Positions 12,103 to 26,779 are shown, counted from the first letter of the stretch. The stretch: DNA of 64,000 nucleotides from Octopus sinensis (GCF_006345805.1 NC_043011.1:49426464-49490463), one strand, 5' to 3'. Notes: generated by a model from the sequence alone, not told the origin. Numbers and translations are program-made.

Positions 12103-12650
12103 AAAATGCTTCGCAGTATTTCGTCTGCCGTCATGTTCTGAGTTCAAATTCTGCCGAGGTCGACTTTGCCTTTCATCCCTTCGGGGTCGATAAATTAGGT
12201 ACCAGTTACGCACTTGGGTCGATCTAATCGACTTAATCCCTCTGTCTGTCTTTGTTTGTCCCCTCTGTGTTTAGCCCCTTGAGGGTAGTAAAGAAATAGG
12301 TATTTCGTCTGCCGTTACATTCTGAGTTCAAATTCCGCCGAGGTCAACTTTACCTTTCATCCTTTCGGGGTCGATAAATTAAGTACCAGATAGGCACTGG
12401 AGTCGATGTAATCGACTTAATCCGTTTGTCTGTCCTTGTTTGTCCTCTCTGTGTTTAGCCCCTTGTGAATAGTAAAGAAATAGGTATTTCGTCTGTCTTT
12501 ACGTGCTGAGTTCAAATTCCGCCGAGGTCGACTTTGTCTTTCCTCCTTTCGGGATCGATCAATTAAGAGCCAGTTGTGTACTGCGGTCGATCTAATCGCC
12601 TGGACCCCGCCACCAAAATTTCGGGCTTTGTACCTAGCGTAGAAAGGAAT
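12103..12650 (+). mobile_element. SINE family B with about three tandem ~185-bp modules
   Basis: TATTTCGTCTG..TGAGTTCAAATTC recurs at ~12117, 12301 and 12485. Confidence 0.85.
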
Positions 12651-13061
12651 ATAAGGTGGCGAATTGCTAGAGCTGTTTGAACGTTAGACTGAATGTCTTG
12701 CTGTATTTGTACCGAATCTCGGCTCTCTGTTTTCAAACCCCACCTCGGTGAACTTTACTTTTCACCGCTTCAGAGCCAATATAAAGTATATTAATCTAAA
12801 GCGACGAATTGGCAGAATTATAAGAACTGTCTAACCGAATGCCTAGCAGAATTGTTTGCAGATCTTTGCGCTCTGAGTTCAAATCCCATCATAGCCTATT
12901 TGTGCCCTACACTTAATCCGTCGCCCGACTTATCACAACTATCTGGCACCTTGAGCTCATTTAGCACAATCCACTCTGCTGAAGACATTCGACAGAGCGG
13001 AAGGTGGGAAGTAGATATTCCCTGGTTTGATGATACCTTCCTCCCTCCTCCCACCACCAGT

Positions 13062-13304
13062 GGAGGCGCTTGGCTTAGTGGTTATTGTGTTGGACTTATG
13101 ATCGCAAGATTGTGGTTTCGATTCCTGGACGTGTTGTGTTCTTGAGCAAAATGCTTCGGTTCACGTTGTTTCAATCCACTCAGCTGGCAAAAATAAGTAA
13201 TTCTGCGATGGACTGGTGTCCCGTCCACAGATAGGGGCTGGGAGAATATATACGACATGAAACCGGGAAACTGGCCCTTATGAGTCGGCATGAGTTGAGA
13301 AGGT
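13062..13304 (+). mobile_element. SINE family C
   Basis: GGAGGCGCTTGGCTTAGTGGTTA head; homologous to 1911-2156. Confidence 0.85.
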
Positions 13305-13560
13305 AAATTTACCTTTACTTCTCCCCCTCCCAGAAGTCCCAAGTGTCCTGTAAAGTGTTATACGCACTGCCTTCCAGCTTGACTTAAACGGTAGAACGGA
13401 TCTGATCGACAATTAGATTTGTCCTTCACACACGAAAAGCAGTTCCATAAGGCCCCACAGATCAGCAATTTTCAGACATTACTCCTGTGCATTAAAACGG
13501 TTCACCACACACATCACTTCCATTCTTGTAAATTTGAATTTGTGTCCAAACGTATACATA

Positions 13561-13955
13561 GGCGCAGAAGTGGCTGTGTGGTAAGTAGCTTGCTTACCAA
13601 CCACATGGTTCCGAGTTCAGTCCCACTGCGTGGCACTTTGGGCAAGTGTCTGCTACTATAGCCACGGGCCGACCAAAGCCTTGTGAGTGGATTTGGTAGA
13701 CGGAAACTGAACGAAGCCCGTCGTATATATGCGTATGTATATGTTTGTGTGTCTATGTTTGTCCCCCACCCCCAACATCACTTGACAACCGATGCTGGTG
13801 TGTTTAGGTCCCCGTCACCTAGCGGTTCGGCAAGAGAGACCGATAGAATAAGTACCAGACTTACAAAGAATAAGTCCTGGGGTCGATTTGCTCGACTAAA
13901 GGCGGTGCTCCAGCATGGCCGCAGCCAAATGACTGAAAATAATAAAAGAATAAAA
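13561..13955 (+). mobile_element. SINE family A, full length
   Basis: tRNA-like head GTGGCTGTGTGGTAAG..GAGTTCAGTCCC, internal (TA/TG) microsatellite, conserved tail. Confidence 0.9.
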
Positions 13956-14264
13956 TAATGACTAAATTTGTATACTTGTAAATAAAAAGCTGTGTCAGTA
14001 ACTTTGTATCCGTCTCTATATGTCTATATGTCTTGTGTTGCATATCTGTCTCTGACAGCCATTTACATTCTTTATTACACTAAAGCGCTGTACAGAGATC
14101 TATATCTACTAAAGCGATAAAATCTAGTCGCCGTAGAGTTAGTTTATCACCTAATGTAACCTTCCTCTGTGTATGTGTTTTATATTTGTTATACAGAATT
14201 GTAACAGTACCCCCAGTTCCGATGTCAACTCTGACTATGTGTTTGTTATTTTGTTTCTTCCTTC

Positions 14265-14552
14265 TCGAGCCACGCCTGGCTCATAAGGGCCGCTTTCCTG
14301 GTTTCCTTGGCGTATAGGTTCCCCACCTGGACAGGACGCCGGTCTGTCGCAGGAGAGCTGCAAGATGCAGGAGGAAACAGTGAGAGAAAGTTGTGGTAAA
14401 AGAGTCAGCAGAAATTCACCATTACCTTCTGCCAGAGCCGCCTGGAGCTTAGGCGTTTCGCTCATAAACACACACATCGCCCGGTCTGAGATTTGAACCC
14501 GCGTTCCCCCGACCGAGAGTCCGCTGCTCTAACCACTAGGCCATGTGCTTCC
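14265..14552 (-). mobile_element. SINE family D, full length
   Basis: Head GGAAGCACATGGCCTAGTGGTTAGAGCAGCGG..GGGTTCAAATC; homologous to 4936-5420. Confidence 0.85.
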
Positions 14553-14672
14553 ACATGTGAAGAAATAGTATTTACCTTTAAGCACTGAAACATATGTACG
14601 GATACTATAATAAATAATTTCAGAAGAAATTCTTTAGTTTCGTCTGCACACACACACACACAGACAGATATA

Positions 14673-14960
14673 TCAAGTCATCCCATAAGTTCTGTCCGAT
14701 TTTACCTTTTTTAAAAATGAATGAAATTCAATAATTTTTTAGGATGTCTAACTGAATTTAAATTTATTTTCATGCATTTGTGTACATTTAAACTAATTAA
14801 ATATTATTTTACAGCATAATAGAATTAAAATTTCTGTGATGATCCGGAGAGCTATATCATGGAAGTATCAAAAGAGCATTTAAGGCACATAATGCTTTAT
14901 CAGTACAAAAAAAAAGGAAACTTTGCAGCCGAAGCGATTCGTATTGAATTAAAAAACGTA
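14673..14960 (+). mobile_element. Mariner 5' end (TIR plus start of transposase)
   Basis: TA-flanked TIR-like start; ATG at 14859 reads MEVSKEHLRHIMLYQYKKKGNFAAEA (mariner HTH start); cut off by the next element. Confidence 0.7.
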
Positions 14961-14962
14961 TA

Positions 14963-15460
14963 CAGAAATCATTAGCCATATCGCGGTTCACCTATCGCGC
15001 CTTCTTTACATCGCGAATTTTTCTGGCTAATATATGTAAATTTATATCGCGGACTCCTCACTATATCGCGGTTTTCTGGGTATTTATTTTTTTTTTCAGA
15101 TTTTAACTATATCTGTGATAAAATAAGTATTTTCACGCCTAAAAATATCAAATTAATGAATAAAAATACAATACAGTACTGCTCTGTATAACACATTAAT
15201 TAAAATATATTAAAATAAAATTCATGGTGTACCGTAGATGAGTAAACAAGGAATCGCACATACTGTATGGAAAATGAAACTCCTAAGAGTGTGGGGAGAG
15301 TATATAGATGCTTAAATATATAAAAATAATAAAATAAATACATACAAATTATAAAAATAATTAAAAATATATACAGTACAGTACTGTTTCTACTTCGCGG
15401 ATTTTCACCTATCGCGGGAGGTCTTGAAACGTAATACTCGCAATAGTCGAGGGATTTCTG
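14963..15460. mobile_element. pogo/Tigger-like MITE
   Basis: Ends CAGAAATC / GATTTCTG, TA on both sides, subterminal TATCGCGG repeats, no ORF. Confidence 0.75.
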
Positions 15461-15499
15461 TATATTGAAACTATTCAGATATTATTTTATAATATTGAT

Positions 15500-15733
15500 T
15501 TCAAATTTTGACACAAGGTCAGCTACTCCAAGGGAGGAGTTTAATCGATTACATCGACGCCTATACTAAAACGTACTTTTTTTACCGACCCCTAAAGGAA
15601 TGAATGGTAAAGTCAACCTTGGCGGAATTTGAACTTAGAACGTAAGGACGAACGCAAAATGTCGCTAACCATTTTCCCCGGCTTACTAACGATTCTGCCA
15701 GCTCACTGAATTTGCTAACGATTCTACCAGCTC
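15500..15733 (-). mobile_element. SINE family B, decayed
   Basis: Reverse complement GAGCTGGCAGAATCGTTAG..CTAAGTTCAAATTCCGCCAAGGTTGACTT. Confidence 0.75.
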
Positions 15734-16244
15734 TAGATATTAAATTCCAAAGTTTTATCCCTTGCTCATGGCTACAATTACGCATAAACCTAACGACTCA
15801 TTTATTTCTCATTAGAGGTGTTACTTTAATTAGCGACTTTGATGGTTGTTGTTTTTATACTAGTTTGGTGTTTTGTGTTTCTTTCTTTGTTGTTACTTCG
15901 TTCTTTGTATATAGAGAGTATTAAGTGTAAAGAGAGGTTATTAAAGGCATAAAGAGGATACTATATCTATATCTATCTATCTATAGATAGAAAGATAGAT
16001 AGATGCACACACACACATCCATAATATATATATATATATATATCAAGTTAATCCAAACATGAAAACACAAAGAGAAAACACAACAACGCGAGAACGTGGA
16101 ACAAATATAGTATTATTGGACACTCAGAAACATGGGAAAAGGAAAGATCCAGAGAAGGGAAGACGGAGGAAAAAAAGTCGCCAACGGTACACACGCGGTC
16201 ACATTTTGAATGGGTCAAATGTTGTATATATATATATATATATA

Positions 16245-17496
16245 CAGGGGTTGGACAAATTAATGGAAACACCTAGCATCATAGCATCATAATTTTGAAA
16301 TATCTATAAAACCGTCAAAAGTTTGTATATTTTTTATGATGTTTCATTTATTATTAGCGTTGCTTAATATGTTTTGCTAACATTGCTGTTTCCTTTCAGA
16401 TATAAAAAAAAAAGGTAATTAAAATTCATTAAAATGCCAGATCTATCGGACTTTCAAAGAGACCAAATTGTTAGTGGTGGTATGGCAGGCGCTAACGTAA
16501 CAAAAACAGCCGAAATGTTTGGTCTATCAAGTAGTACTGTGTCGAAAGTAATGACAGTCTTTGGGAAAAAAGGGAAAAACCTCGTCGAAAAAAACTCCGG
16601 AAGAAAACCAAAACTTTCAGATGGAGACCGTTGGGCTCTTACGAGAATTCTTAGAAAGGATCACAAACGTACAGTTCCCAAAATTACTGAAGAGCTTAAT
16701 GACCACCTCAAGAACCCAGTTTCCACAAAAACTGCTCGCCGGGGCCTGCACAGAGCAGGATTTCACAGGAGGGCTGCAATCAGAAAACCACTACTTTCAA
16801 AAAGAAGCGTTGCAAAGCATTTAGTGTGGAGTAAAAACCTACAAAATTGCTCCCCAGAGTAGTGGATGAATGTTATTTTCTCGAACGAGTCATCCATTAC
16901 CCTATTTCTGACCACTGGCCGAGTATACGCGTGGAAACAGCCAAAAGAAGCATTTGACCCAGACTGCCTTCTTCCAACTGTTAAACATGGAGGAGGCTAT
17001 ATCTTGGAAATACGCAGGCCCAATGGTTTCCCTTCATTGCAGAATTAATAGTCAAGACTATTTAAGGATTTTATCTGATCAAATTCATTCTATGGTTGCA
17101 GAACTGTTTTCAGACTGAAATGCAATTTTTTCAGGATGATAATGCACCAATTCACACAGCTAAATTTGTTACCGAGTGGCACGAGGAACATTCTAGTGAA
17201 GTTGAATATCTTACCTGGCCACCACAGTTCCTGGATCTTAATATTATTGAACATTTATGTTGCATTTTAGAAAAACAAGTAAGGAGTCGATATCCCCTTC
17301 ACTATCATCACTACAAGAACTGGAGACTATTTTAGCTGAAGAATGAACAATAATTCCATTGGAAACAATTCAAATTTTTGTACGAGTCCATACCTCATAG
17401 AATTCAAGCTTTGATTACTGCCAAAGGCGACCCTACCCCATATTAAAATAAATTTGTTTGAAATATTAATGTGTTTCCATTATTTTGTCCAGTCCT

Positions 17497-17497
<1 letters not shown>
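16245..17497 (+). mobile_element. Tc1-like transposon, full length with pseudogenised transposase (16434-~17440)
   Basis: ~28-bp imperfect TIRs (..TGGACAAA.TAATGGAAACAC), TA flanks. Motifs GRKPKLS, RKPLL, VIFSNES, PTVKHGGG, FQDDNAPIH, WPPQ..DLNIIEH; stops and frameshifts. Confidence 0.95.
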
Positions 17498-17534
<37 letters not shown>

Positions 17535-17711
17535 GTGTGTGTGTGTGTGTGTAATTGACTACTTTCAGTGTCCCTCTACTAAATCCACTCACAAGGTCTT
17601 GGTCGTCGCAAGACCATAGTAGAAGACAATTGCCCAAATAACACGCTGTGGGATTGAACCCAGAAGCATGTGGTTGGGAAGCAAGCTTCTTATGACACAG
17701 GTACGCTTACG

Positions 17712-17743
<32 letters not shown>

Positions 17744-17821
17744 TATATTGAATACATATATATATATATAGTATGAATTAGAGGGTATTATATATATATA
17801 TATATATATTTCCTCCAAGTA

Positions 17822-17887
<66 letters not shown>

Positions 17888-19340
17888 CTAGAGAATTAAT
17901 GAATAAAATAGTTATGAAAAGAAAACATATTAAATGTATTGAAATGTATAGAGAATGCGTGCAATAAACAGGAATATATTAAATGTATATAGAGGGTTTA
18001 AATGCATATGGAAAGTATTACATAATAATGTTTATGGAATGTGTTAAATGCATAGAGAAGATACTAAATGGAAAGAGAGTGTGCAAAATGTTTATTGAAG
18101 GTATTAAATATATAGAGAGAAGGAACTAAATGTATATATATAGTGAGTTAAATGCATAGGAATCTAGTGCAAGACATCTTCATTGATATATTTAGCTTTT
18201 GTATTTTCGTTTGATAAGGCATATTTGTCATATTGCCATTAGAGTTGGGTCATGAGGTTTTTGTTCGTGATGCACATCAGGAGTTGTGTTAGATGTTTGA
18301 AAATGTTGTTGTTATTGTTGTTGTTGTTGTTACTATTGTTGTTGTTGTTGTTGTTGTTGCTGCTGTTGTTGTTGCTGTTGTTGTTGTTGTTCAGTCCTTA
18401 ACAAACAGACACATGATCAAAAGCATTACGGCTATCACCATTCCGTTTATTTAAGTCGACACATTGCATCTAGATTGAGATTATCGAATCTGTCCTTCTC
18501 CTTTCATACGACAAAGGGAGTAACTTAAGGAAGATCTAGCTGATATTTCTAACAGTCTGACTAACGAGATGAGGCTCCTTTTTTAGACTGGAGACGCGCC
18601 AAATAGACGTTAACAGTTGTGCCATCTACACAGAAATGCGTGCAGGGTTAGATATAACAGTAAACAGCAACTAAGAAATTGAAGTGACGAGGGAAGAGTG
18701 CTGGAGACAGCAAGACCTTGCAGCACACCACAGTTGATAAAATGTAATAAAATCTTTCCCTTTTAATGGTTTATTTAATACATTCACGCTTTTCTTCCTC
18801 TCTTCCTTCTTCATCCTTTCATACTTTACTACTTTGCCACAAATCAGTGATACATAGAACAGCTTAATGTCAAACAGTTTGTCGTTTTAGACGATAGATT
18901 ATGACATGAAAGCTTTGATGAGATCAAAGTTTATGCGTATGAGTGCGTTTCGGTGTATATATATGTGTGTGTGTTTTCTATGCGTGCACAGATACATGTA
19001 TGCGTCTCTGAGTATCTGTTGTGTGTGTGTGTGAGGAAGTATACGTATATGTGCGGATGTGTGTACTGGATGCATGTATGCGTTTATCTACCTATCTACC
19101 CACCAATCGTTATCCAGTCCGTACTTCTGTATAAGATATATGTAATATTATATAATCTAAACATATATACACACATACGCATATGTATATTTTATGCGTG
19201 TATGTATATATATAAATATATATGTATGCATATATGTATTTATGTGTGTGTGTCTATATATACACATATTATATATACATATGTTATATTCATATGCATA
19301 TATATATTATATATATAATGTATGTATGTATGTATGTAGG

Positions 19341-19398
<58 letters not shown>

Positions 19399-20239
19399 GT
19401 ATGTGCTCATAAATGCATGCATAGTTGATATAATATTACATCATATATATTACACAGAACGTAGGACAGAAAAAAGATCTGTAAGTAGAGAGATATAGAG
19501 GCACATACATACATACATACATAATACATATATCTATATGTGTGTGTGTAAGCATATATATATTCATAGGTATATGTATAGATAATTATGTACACTATCC
19601 TTTCAAAAGCCGCCCACCTTTATACCTTAGATATAGGCCTCTATACACAAGTTCAGGTATCTATATAATATATATGCATACATAAACGTAAATGTGTGAG
19701 TGTGTGTCTGTGTGTCTGTGTGTGTGAAAATATATTTACTTGCGTATACGCATATTGTATGTGTGTGTGTGCGCGTGTGTATATGGCCACATATATCGAT
19801 ATAAATATGTATACAGATACATACAAGCATATACACGCAGACATACAGTTGCCTTTTGACAAACGGAATTGTCTTTATATACAAAGGTTTCGGTCGGTGG
19901 CTGTTGGGAAAGACTTCTCAACGATGAGTTTGAAATAAAAACACTGGTGTTTGTGATAGCTAAAGCCGCTGGGAGGCTTTTAATTAGTTGTGTTCTTCGT
20001 GAAGAGGTTGGTCACGTGATAAGTCACCTGTTCTAGAGGACATCAGTCCATATTAATGAATAAAAGCAAGAAATATTGTAGAGCTAATCGTTTGGCTAAA
20101 TCAGGTGTTGTTGACAATATCATCGCCTACAAGCGTTTCCGTTTCATGATTAATTACGTGGCTTATTTTGTAGCATATTTGCAGTTACGGTTGGTCATTT
20201 GATTAACCGTGTGGCTAGTGGAGCTTGTAATTTGAAAGT

Positions 20240-20600
20240 ATATCCTCTTTCGTGTTTGTTGACTGGAATATAGGCAAACTGTGACAAGTTGAGATTAGTT
20301 GAATTTTGCTCAAGCAGATAGTAGGCGTGGTTGATGTAGAGTTTCTCTGTCATGCCGTGTTCGCAGGACTTGGATCCGTTAATGCATGCTGGAGTTTTAT
20401 CTATAATTATCCGCGTAAGATTCTTCTTTATTCCAGCATTCTTTAATTTCCAAATGTGCATGGAGAGTGCTGTAGATTTTATACGGATACTCAGAAGAGA
20501 TGCTCCAATATGTTAGAACCAAGATCTTTTGAAAATGTTCTATGTTAGCCCTATTTAAATGTTAATGTGACGCTAGCAGAAACGTCAGCATGGTATAATG
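20240..20600 (-). mobile_element. Penelope-like element GIY-YIG endonuclease C-terminal fragment
   Basis: KSTALSMHIWKLKNAGIK..IIDKTPACINGSKSC...TEK matches the PLE EN C-terminal pattern (STALS.HIW.LK). Confidence 0.6.
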
Positions 20601-21119
20601 GTGTTTCTTTCTTCTTTGGTGCGATCGAGGATTTTTTTTTTTTTTTTGAGAATTTGTCTGTCATGGGGAAAGTCAGCTAAGGTTTTATGATAAGTTTTGT
20701 TTTTATATTGTTGCTATTGCTGTGGCCGCGTAATACCTACACTGTGGCAACTTATATTGGACATGTTCCATGAAGGTTCGTGGCTTATTGTTTTGGGTAT
20801 GTGGTAACATCCGTACATGTCATGTCCCTTTGCACGTCTGTGCAGCACACACGCACGCACATACACGCACATACACATATAAACAAGTACACATGTACAT
20901 ACATAAACATACACACACACACACATATATATGATTTTGAATCTGGATTTATACATGGGAGATGTTCCACATATATGTATATATTTATTATGAATTTATG
21001 TTATTATTGATATCAATATGTATATTCATAAACACATTAAAACGGTACCACATATTCCAGTTTCTGTTTTAATAAACACTCACACATCTATGCATGTGTG
21101 TATGTATGTGTTTGTGTGG

Positions 21120-21175
<56 letters not shown>

Positions 21176-21394
21176 AGACATAAAGACAGACGGACAGACA
21201 GAAAGACACACACACAGTCAGACTCACAGACATGCAGACAGCCCCACACAGACAGACACACAGGCGAACACACACTCGCAAACTAACTGACAGACTGATA
21301 GACAGGAAGATAGACAAACAGACACACACACAGAGACACACACAGACACACACACAGACACATACACAGAGACACACAGACAAAATGACTAACC

Positions 21395-21460
<66 letters not shown>

Positions 21461-22598
21461 CAAAGAGACAGACAGACAGGTAGATAGATAAGTACACATG
21501 CACATGCTAAAACACACACCAACAAACATACACACACACACGCACACGCAAATAAACATGCGTGGCGCTCCAAAAGTTTTATGCGATCAAAAAGTTTTGT
21601 GTCATAAAAGTTTCCATGCCATAAAATACCAAAAAATAAAATAAGATAAATGAAGTGGAACTGAAAGTAAAGAGATAAAATATTTATTAGTTAAAGGTTA
21701 TACATTTCTACCGATATCACAGTAATGATTGCCATGAAAATATGCTACAACAAAGAGATATAATGGACTTTTATGATATAACAAGAGAAATGAACTATGC
21801 AAACCTTTTATGAATTGCCGATAGTTTAATGCTGCAAAGCAATGGCTCCACAATCTATCGGGAAATGGAAGGAATGGTTTAGAGAGAGTCGGGAATCAGA
21901 GTGTGACCAAGTTCTTTACGGTCTTCCTTCAACTTCAAGCAAGCGGACGGACGGACAAATCTTGGTTGGTACAAGTCTATTCTCATCAGATCGGAAAATG
22001 ACAACAGGAAACATTGTACACGAGGAAACGCTCTGTTAAGTAAGTCAAACAGGACGTAAACATATCTATTTAATTTTATGATAGCTGATATAAATGTTGG
22101 TTGGTGTCTTGGTTGAATGATTGATTGGTTGGTCCAGCCACGATTTGGAGGGAGCGGAGAGACGATAAACGAGAAACCCAGAGAGAGTTAAGAATAGGGG
22201 TGCAGGAAGTGTATTATAATTTACCGAAAAATAAACAGTTTTGGAATGAAATTTTGCCGAGATTGGTTTTTCGATGTAGTAGATTGCGATTATATTGATA
22301 AAATTTCGAAAATATAATTCTTTCTAATTTTGGCACAAGGATGGTATTTAACTGTTACTTTATTTTATCGAATCCAGAAAGATAAAAAAAAAAGAAAATT
22401 AATGTAGTTCAGAATATAATGACTTCAAACTTTAGAAAAGTAATAACATATTCGTTGCAAATATGCAAATGAGAAATTTGGTTCATTAAATTTTAAAGTA
22501 ATAAATATTTCCCTTTTTTCTTCAGAACTAAAATTCGTATCACCATTGTACATTAGCACAAAGAAATGAGATGTGATAACATTTTATTATAATTATTG

Positions 22599-22648
<50 letters not shown>

Positions 22649-22666
22649 ATATATACCTACATACAT

Positions 22667-22742
<76 letters not shown>

Positions 22743-22994
22743 GTTACTCTTTTATTTGTTTCAGTCATGTGACTGTGGTCATGCTGGAGCACCGCCTTTA
22801 GTAGAGCAAGTACACCTGCCACGCCGTACACCTGTTCAGACAACGTCAATTTGATGGAAGGAGCGAGCCAAAGTGCGGCACGAACATTTGATCACTATAA
22901 GCGAATAATTTTTGCAGGTCGTTCGGCAAAAAGCTGAACGCTCATTCGTCATCTTCGACACGGAAGAGTCCATTACATATTGATTCTTTTTTTA

Positions 22995-23204
22995 TATACC
23001 TTTTACTTGTTTCTGTCATTAGACTGCGGCCATGCTGGGGCACGACCTTGAAGAATTTTAGTCGAATGAATCAACCCCAACACATTTTTTAAGCCTGGTA
23101 ATTACTCTATTGAAATCGTTTGCCGAACCGCTAAGTTACGAGGATGCCAACACACCAACAATAGTTGTCAAGTGGTTGTCAGATACACACACATACAGAC
23201 TCTT

Positions 23205-23247
<43 letters not shown>

Positions 23248-23372
23248 AAAAAAAAAAAAAGCTTTGGTCGGGCCGAGTCTATAGTTAAAGACAAGCTGTT
23301 CCGCAGTGGGACTGAACCCGAAACCATGTGGTTTGAAAGTAAATTTCTTGACACATAGACACGCCTGCGCCT
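22995..23372 (-). mobile_element. SINE family A
   Basis: Reverse complement of family A head, body and tail with an internal deletion. Confidence 0.8.
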
Positions 23373-23782
23373 AAAAACAATATATTCTAATTATAATTGC
23401 ACCCAAGATAAAAAGAAATAATCATTAGCTTCACATCATTCACATGTACGTATGTGCGTCTATATATGTATACATGTATGTATGTGTCTATGTATGTATG
23501 TACATATGTGTATTATGTATGTATGTGTCTATGTATGCACGTATGTACGTATGTGCATGTATGTCAGTATGTACGTGTCTATGTATGTATGTGTGTATAT
23601 ATGTATGTATGTATGTATGTATATGTCTGTATGTATGTGTCTGTATATATATGTATGTATGTATATATGTCATTGCTCAGTTTTATTTCAAGATTTATTG
23701 CCAACAGAGAAAGAGCCGGTTTCTAACCTAGATCCAAGGCTTCTTCATTAGAATTTCAACATAAACAACAAGGTTTTTTGTT

Positions 23783-23814
<32 letters not shown>

Positions 23815-23884
23815 TGTATGTATGTTTTATTTTATGTATGTCTTCTCATGCATATACTTGCATATCTAGACATGCTCATATATA

Positions 23885-24085
23885 TTTAAATGCTAAACTT
23901 GTGTAAAATTTTACAGATTTTTACAGTTCCAGTGATGGATAGGATCTGTTGTCTTCGAATTAGCCTCCTTGTTTCTAGTTTTGAGAAGCCTAATTTCTCA
24001 AGATTGGTATTTAGTCAGTGTATTACATATCCTAGGACCCCAATAATTACAGGTATAGACCCGAGCTTCTAATCTTGATATAGTA
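23885..24085 (-). mobile_element. RLE-type LINE extreme C-terminal fragment
   Basis: Minus frame IPVIIGVLGYV...NLEKLGFS...SITGTVKICK resembles the PV.IGALG tail of R4/CRE-like elements. Confidence 0.6.
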
Positions 24086-24109
24086 GCTGCAAATTTGTAT
24101 GTATGTATG

Positions 24110-24143
<34 letters not shown>

Positions 24144-24329
24144 TGTATGCATGTATGTATGTGTGTGTGTATGTATATCCCATATTTTCTGGTATTATCT
24201 TTGGTGGCATTTGTACACCTCCTAAGCCACTCGTTATATGTCGGGTAATATTCTAGTAGTGATATAAATAAGATTAGGTTTTATTTTATTTTTAAAGCAG
24301 TTCTTCGTTCTTGGACAAGAATTTAATAG

Positions 24330-24730
24330 CAGAAAGAAGCTGAGTTTTGCAATAACTTCCCTAACACTGTCGATTTTGATCCTCAAAAAAGAGTTTCACA
24401 TAAGAATCGTTACCGATGACGAGAGACAGGTTTATAGCTATGATCCAACACACAGCAGTCAATGAAATAACACATTAAAGGAGCGCCATCTCCTATGAAA
24501 CCGATACTAAATGAAGTTTTTACTTGCATCCAGATTAGGGCGTGTTTTATTACCTTCCTAAAAGTTCCTTTCATATAGAACACCTCGGTGCAGTTGCAAC
24601 AACGACGGATCAATGCTATGAGGCAGTAATTGATAATTTGGGGAGAAAAAAACAATTGACAGAAACGGTGAAGTGTTTATTCAAGGCGAATTTTGTTTTA
24701 CCACGCCACTGCACCAGTTCATAGCAGTTA
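24330..24730 (+). mobile_element. Highly decayed mariner transposase fragment
   Basis: FHIRIVTDDERQVYSYDP (cf. IVTGDETW..YDP) and YHATAPVH (cf. HDNAP.H). Confidence 0.55.
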
Positions 24731-25038
24731 TAATTTCCGCTGCATCCATTCATTAAAAGCATTTTGTAATTTTTTTTTTTACTGTCTCTACTATACGGCT
24801 TTGACCAAACACTGTGAGATTTTAAACACTTTCTGGTGCTGAAAACTAGGTCAGAGCATTGTTGGTGCTGCTGTTGCTGTTGTTGTTGTTGGTATGAAGA
24901 TACTGCAGAAATTAATTATGATGCTGAAAATATTTAAGAAAAAGTGAAAACTTTTTTTATTTTTCATATCTACATTCACAGTTGATGTAAACGGGTGAAG
25001 AAGTATATAACGATCGATGGATATATATATATATATAT

Positions 25039-25122
<84 letters not shown>

Positions 25123-25426
25123 AAGAGAGAAAATAGACAATATAAAAGAAAGGATAGAAAGATAAAAAGGAGGTGTCGAAATACAATATGAAAGAGAAAT
25201 ATGAGAAGGCGTCTATAAAAACTAAAAGTAAAACGACAAAAATAAAAACGAGTAGACTGCGACTACGACGATGACAACGATTTAATGAAATATCTTATGT
25301 CGAAGTAAATGATAAAGGAAAACAAACAAGCAAGAAGGAAACAGAAGGGAAAGAAAATGGTGCAATGGAAGAAGGAAGAAGGTAAAATGGAAAGGTTAAC
25401 ATTGAGAAGAACGAAGAAAAAAGAAG

Positions 25427-25489
<63 letters not shown>

Positions 25490-26158
25490 AGAAACAGAAG
25501 TTAGAAATTGATATATAAGAAGGAAGGAAGCAAAGAAAACAAAAACAAGAAATGCAGCATAACTTGAGTAAACGCAGACGATAAATTAACAAAAATATTT
25601 TTAAAAAAGCTTGTAGAGGGAAATTACAAAAATTAAACAAGAAAAAATGGAAGAAGCAGACGATAAAGTAAAAGAAGAAAAAATATGTCGATATAAATTA
25701 GAAAGTGGTAGCATGTCGTTTAGAAACGCAGAAACGAAGCAAATTTAATGATCGCTCTTCTATGATCGGTTCATATCACATATTTAAATTTGATATAATC
25801 TTGTTATTTTTATTTTGTTACTATTTATTTTCTATGTTTTGCGAGTGTTTTTTTCTATTTTATTTTTAATGAAGGTTTCAACAATAAAGTGTGACGTCAT
25901 ATGACATTCACCAGTTCCGGCAACTTCCGGCAACTTCTAAGAGATATTGTGGAAACGGTGTGTTGATAGTTGTGTAATCAACGTGTCGTTGTAACCTTTT
26001 ATACAAAATACATATTAGTTTGATATTTCTGGTTTGTGTGTGTGTGTATGAGTATGTTTATGTGTGTGTATGTTTGTGCTTAATTGTGTACGTGTGTTTG
26101 ATTCTGTATGTCTATGTGTAAGTATATTGAACTGTGTATGTCTTGTGCTTGGTTGTAT

Positions 26159-26190
<32 letters not shown>

Positions 26191-26514
26191 ATTTGGGTTT
26201 AGTTGTGTGTGTATGTGTGTATTTGAGTTTAGTCGTGTGTGTATGTGTGTATTTAGCTGTGCATGTTTCTAGTATAAATGTGTGAAAGTTTGTTTTGTTA
26301 TATGTAAGTGTATATCTAGCTCTGTGTGTATGTGTGTGTGTGTGTTTGTGTGAATGTGTGTTTATGTTTATTTGTATGAGTGTGTATGCTTAACTGCGTG
26401 TGTGTTTTTGGTTGTGCGTGTGTATGGTTGCGTTTCGTTTTAAGTGCGTGTATATATGTGTGTGTTTTAGTTGTATGTGTGTATGTTTGTTTTTAATTAT
26501 ATGTCTCTTTTGCC

Positions 26515-26711
26515 TTTTACTTGTTTCCATCATTAGACTGAGGCCATGCTGGGGCACCGCCTTGAACTTTTAGTCGAATGAATCGACCTTAGTACTTATT
26601 TTCTAAGCCTAGTACTTATTCAATCGGTGTCTTTTGCCGAACCGCTAAGTTACGGGGACGTAACACACCAACACCAGTTCTCAAGTGGTGGTGGGGAGAC
26701 AAACACAGACA

Positions 26712-26779
<68 letters not shown>

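Noticed and set aside
12103-12650. Regularly spaced repeats resembling a CRISPR array
   Set aside because: Whole ~185-bp modules repeat with no unique spacers; eukaryotic context and no cas genes.
21939-22045. Possible ~100-nt exon (pyrimidine tract-AG ... GTAAGT) within a 65-aa ORF
   Set aside because: Signals of this strength are expected by chance in 64 kb; no homology. The nearby minus-strand CUGAUGA has no GAAA or stems.
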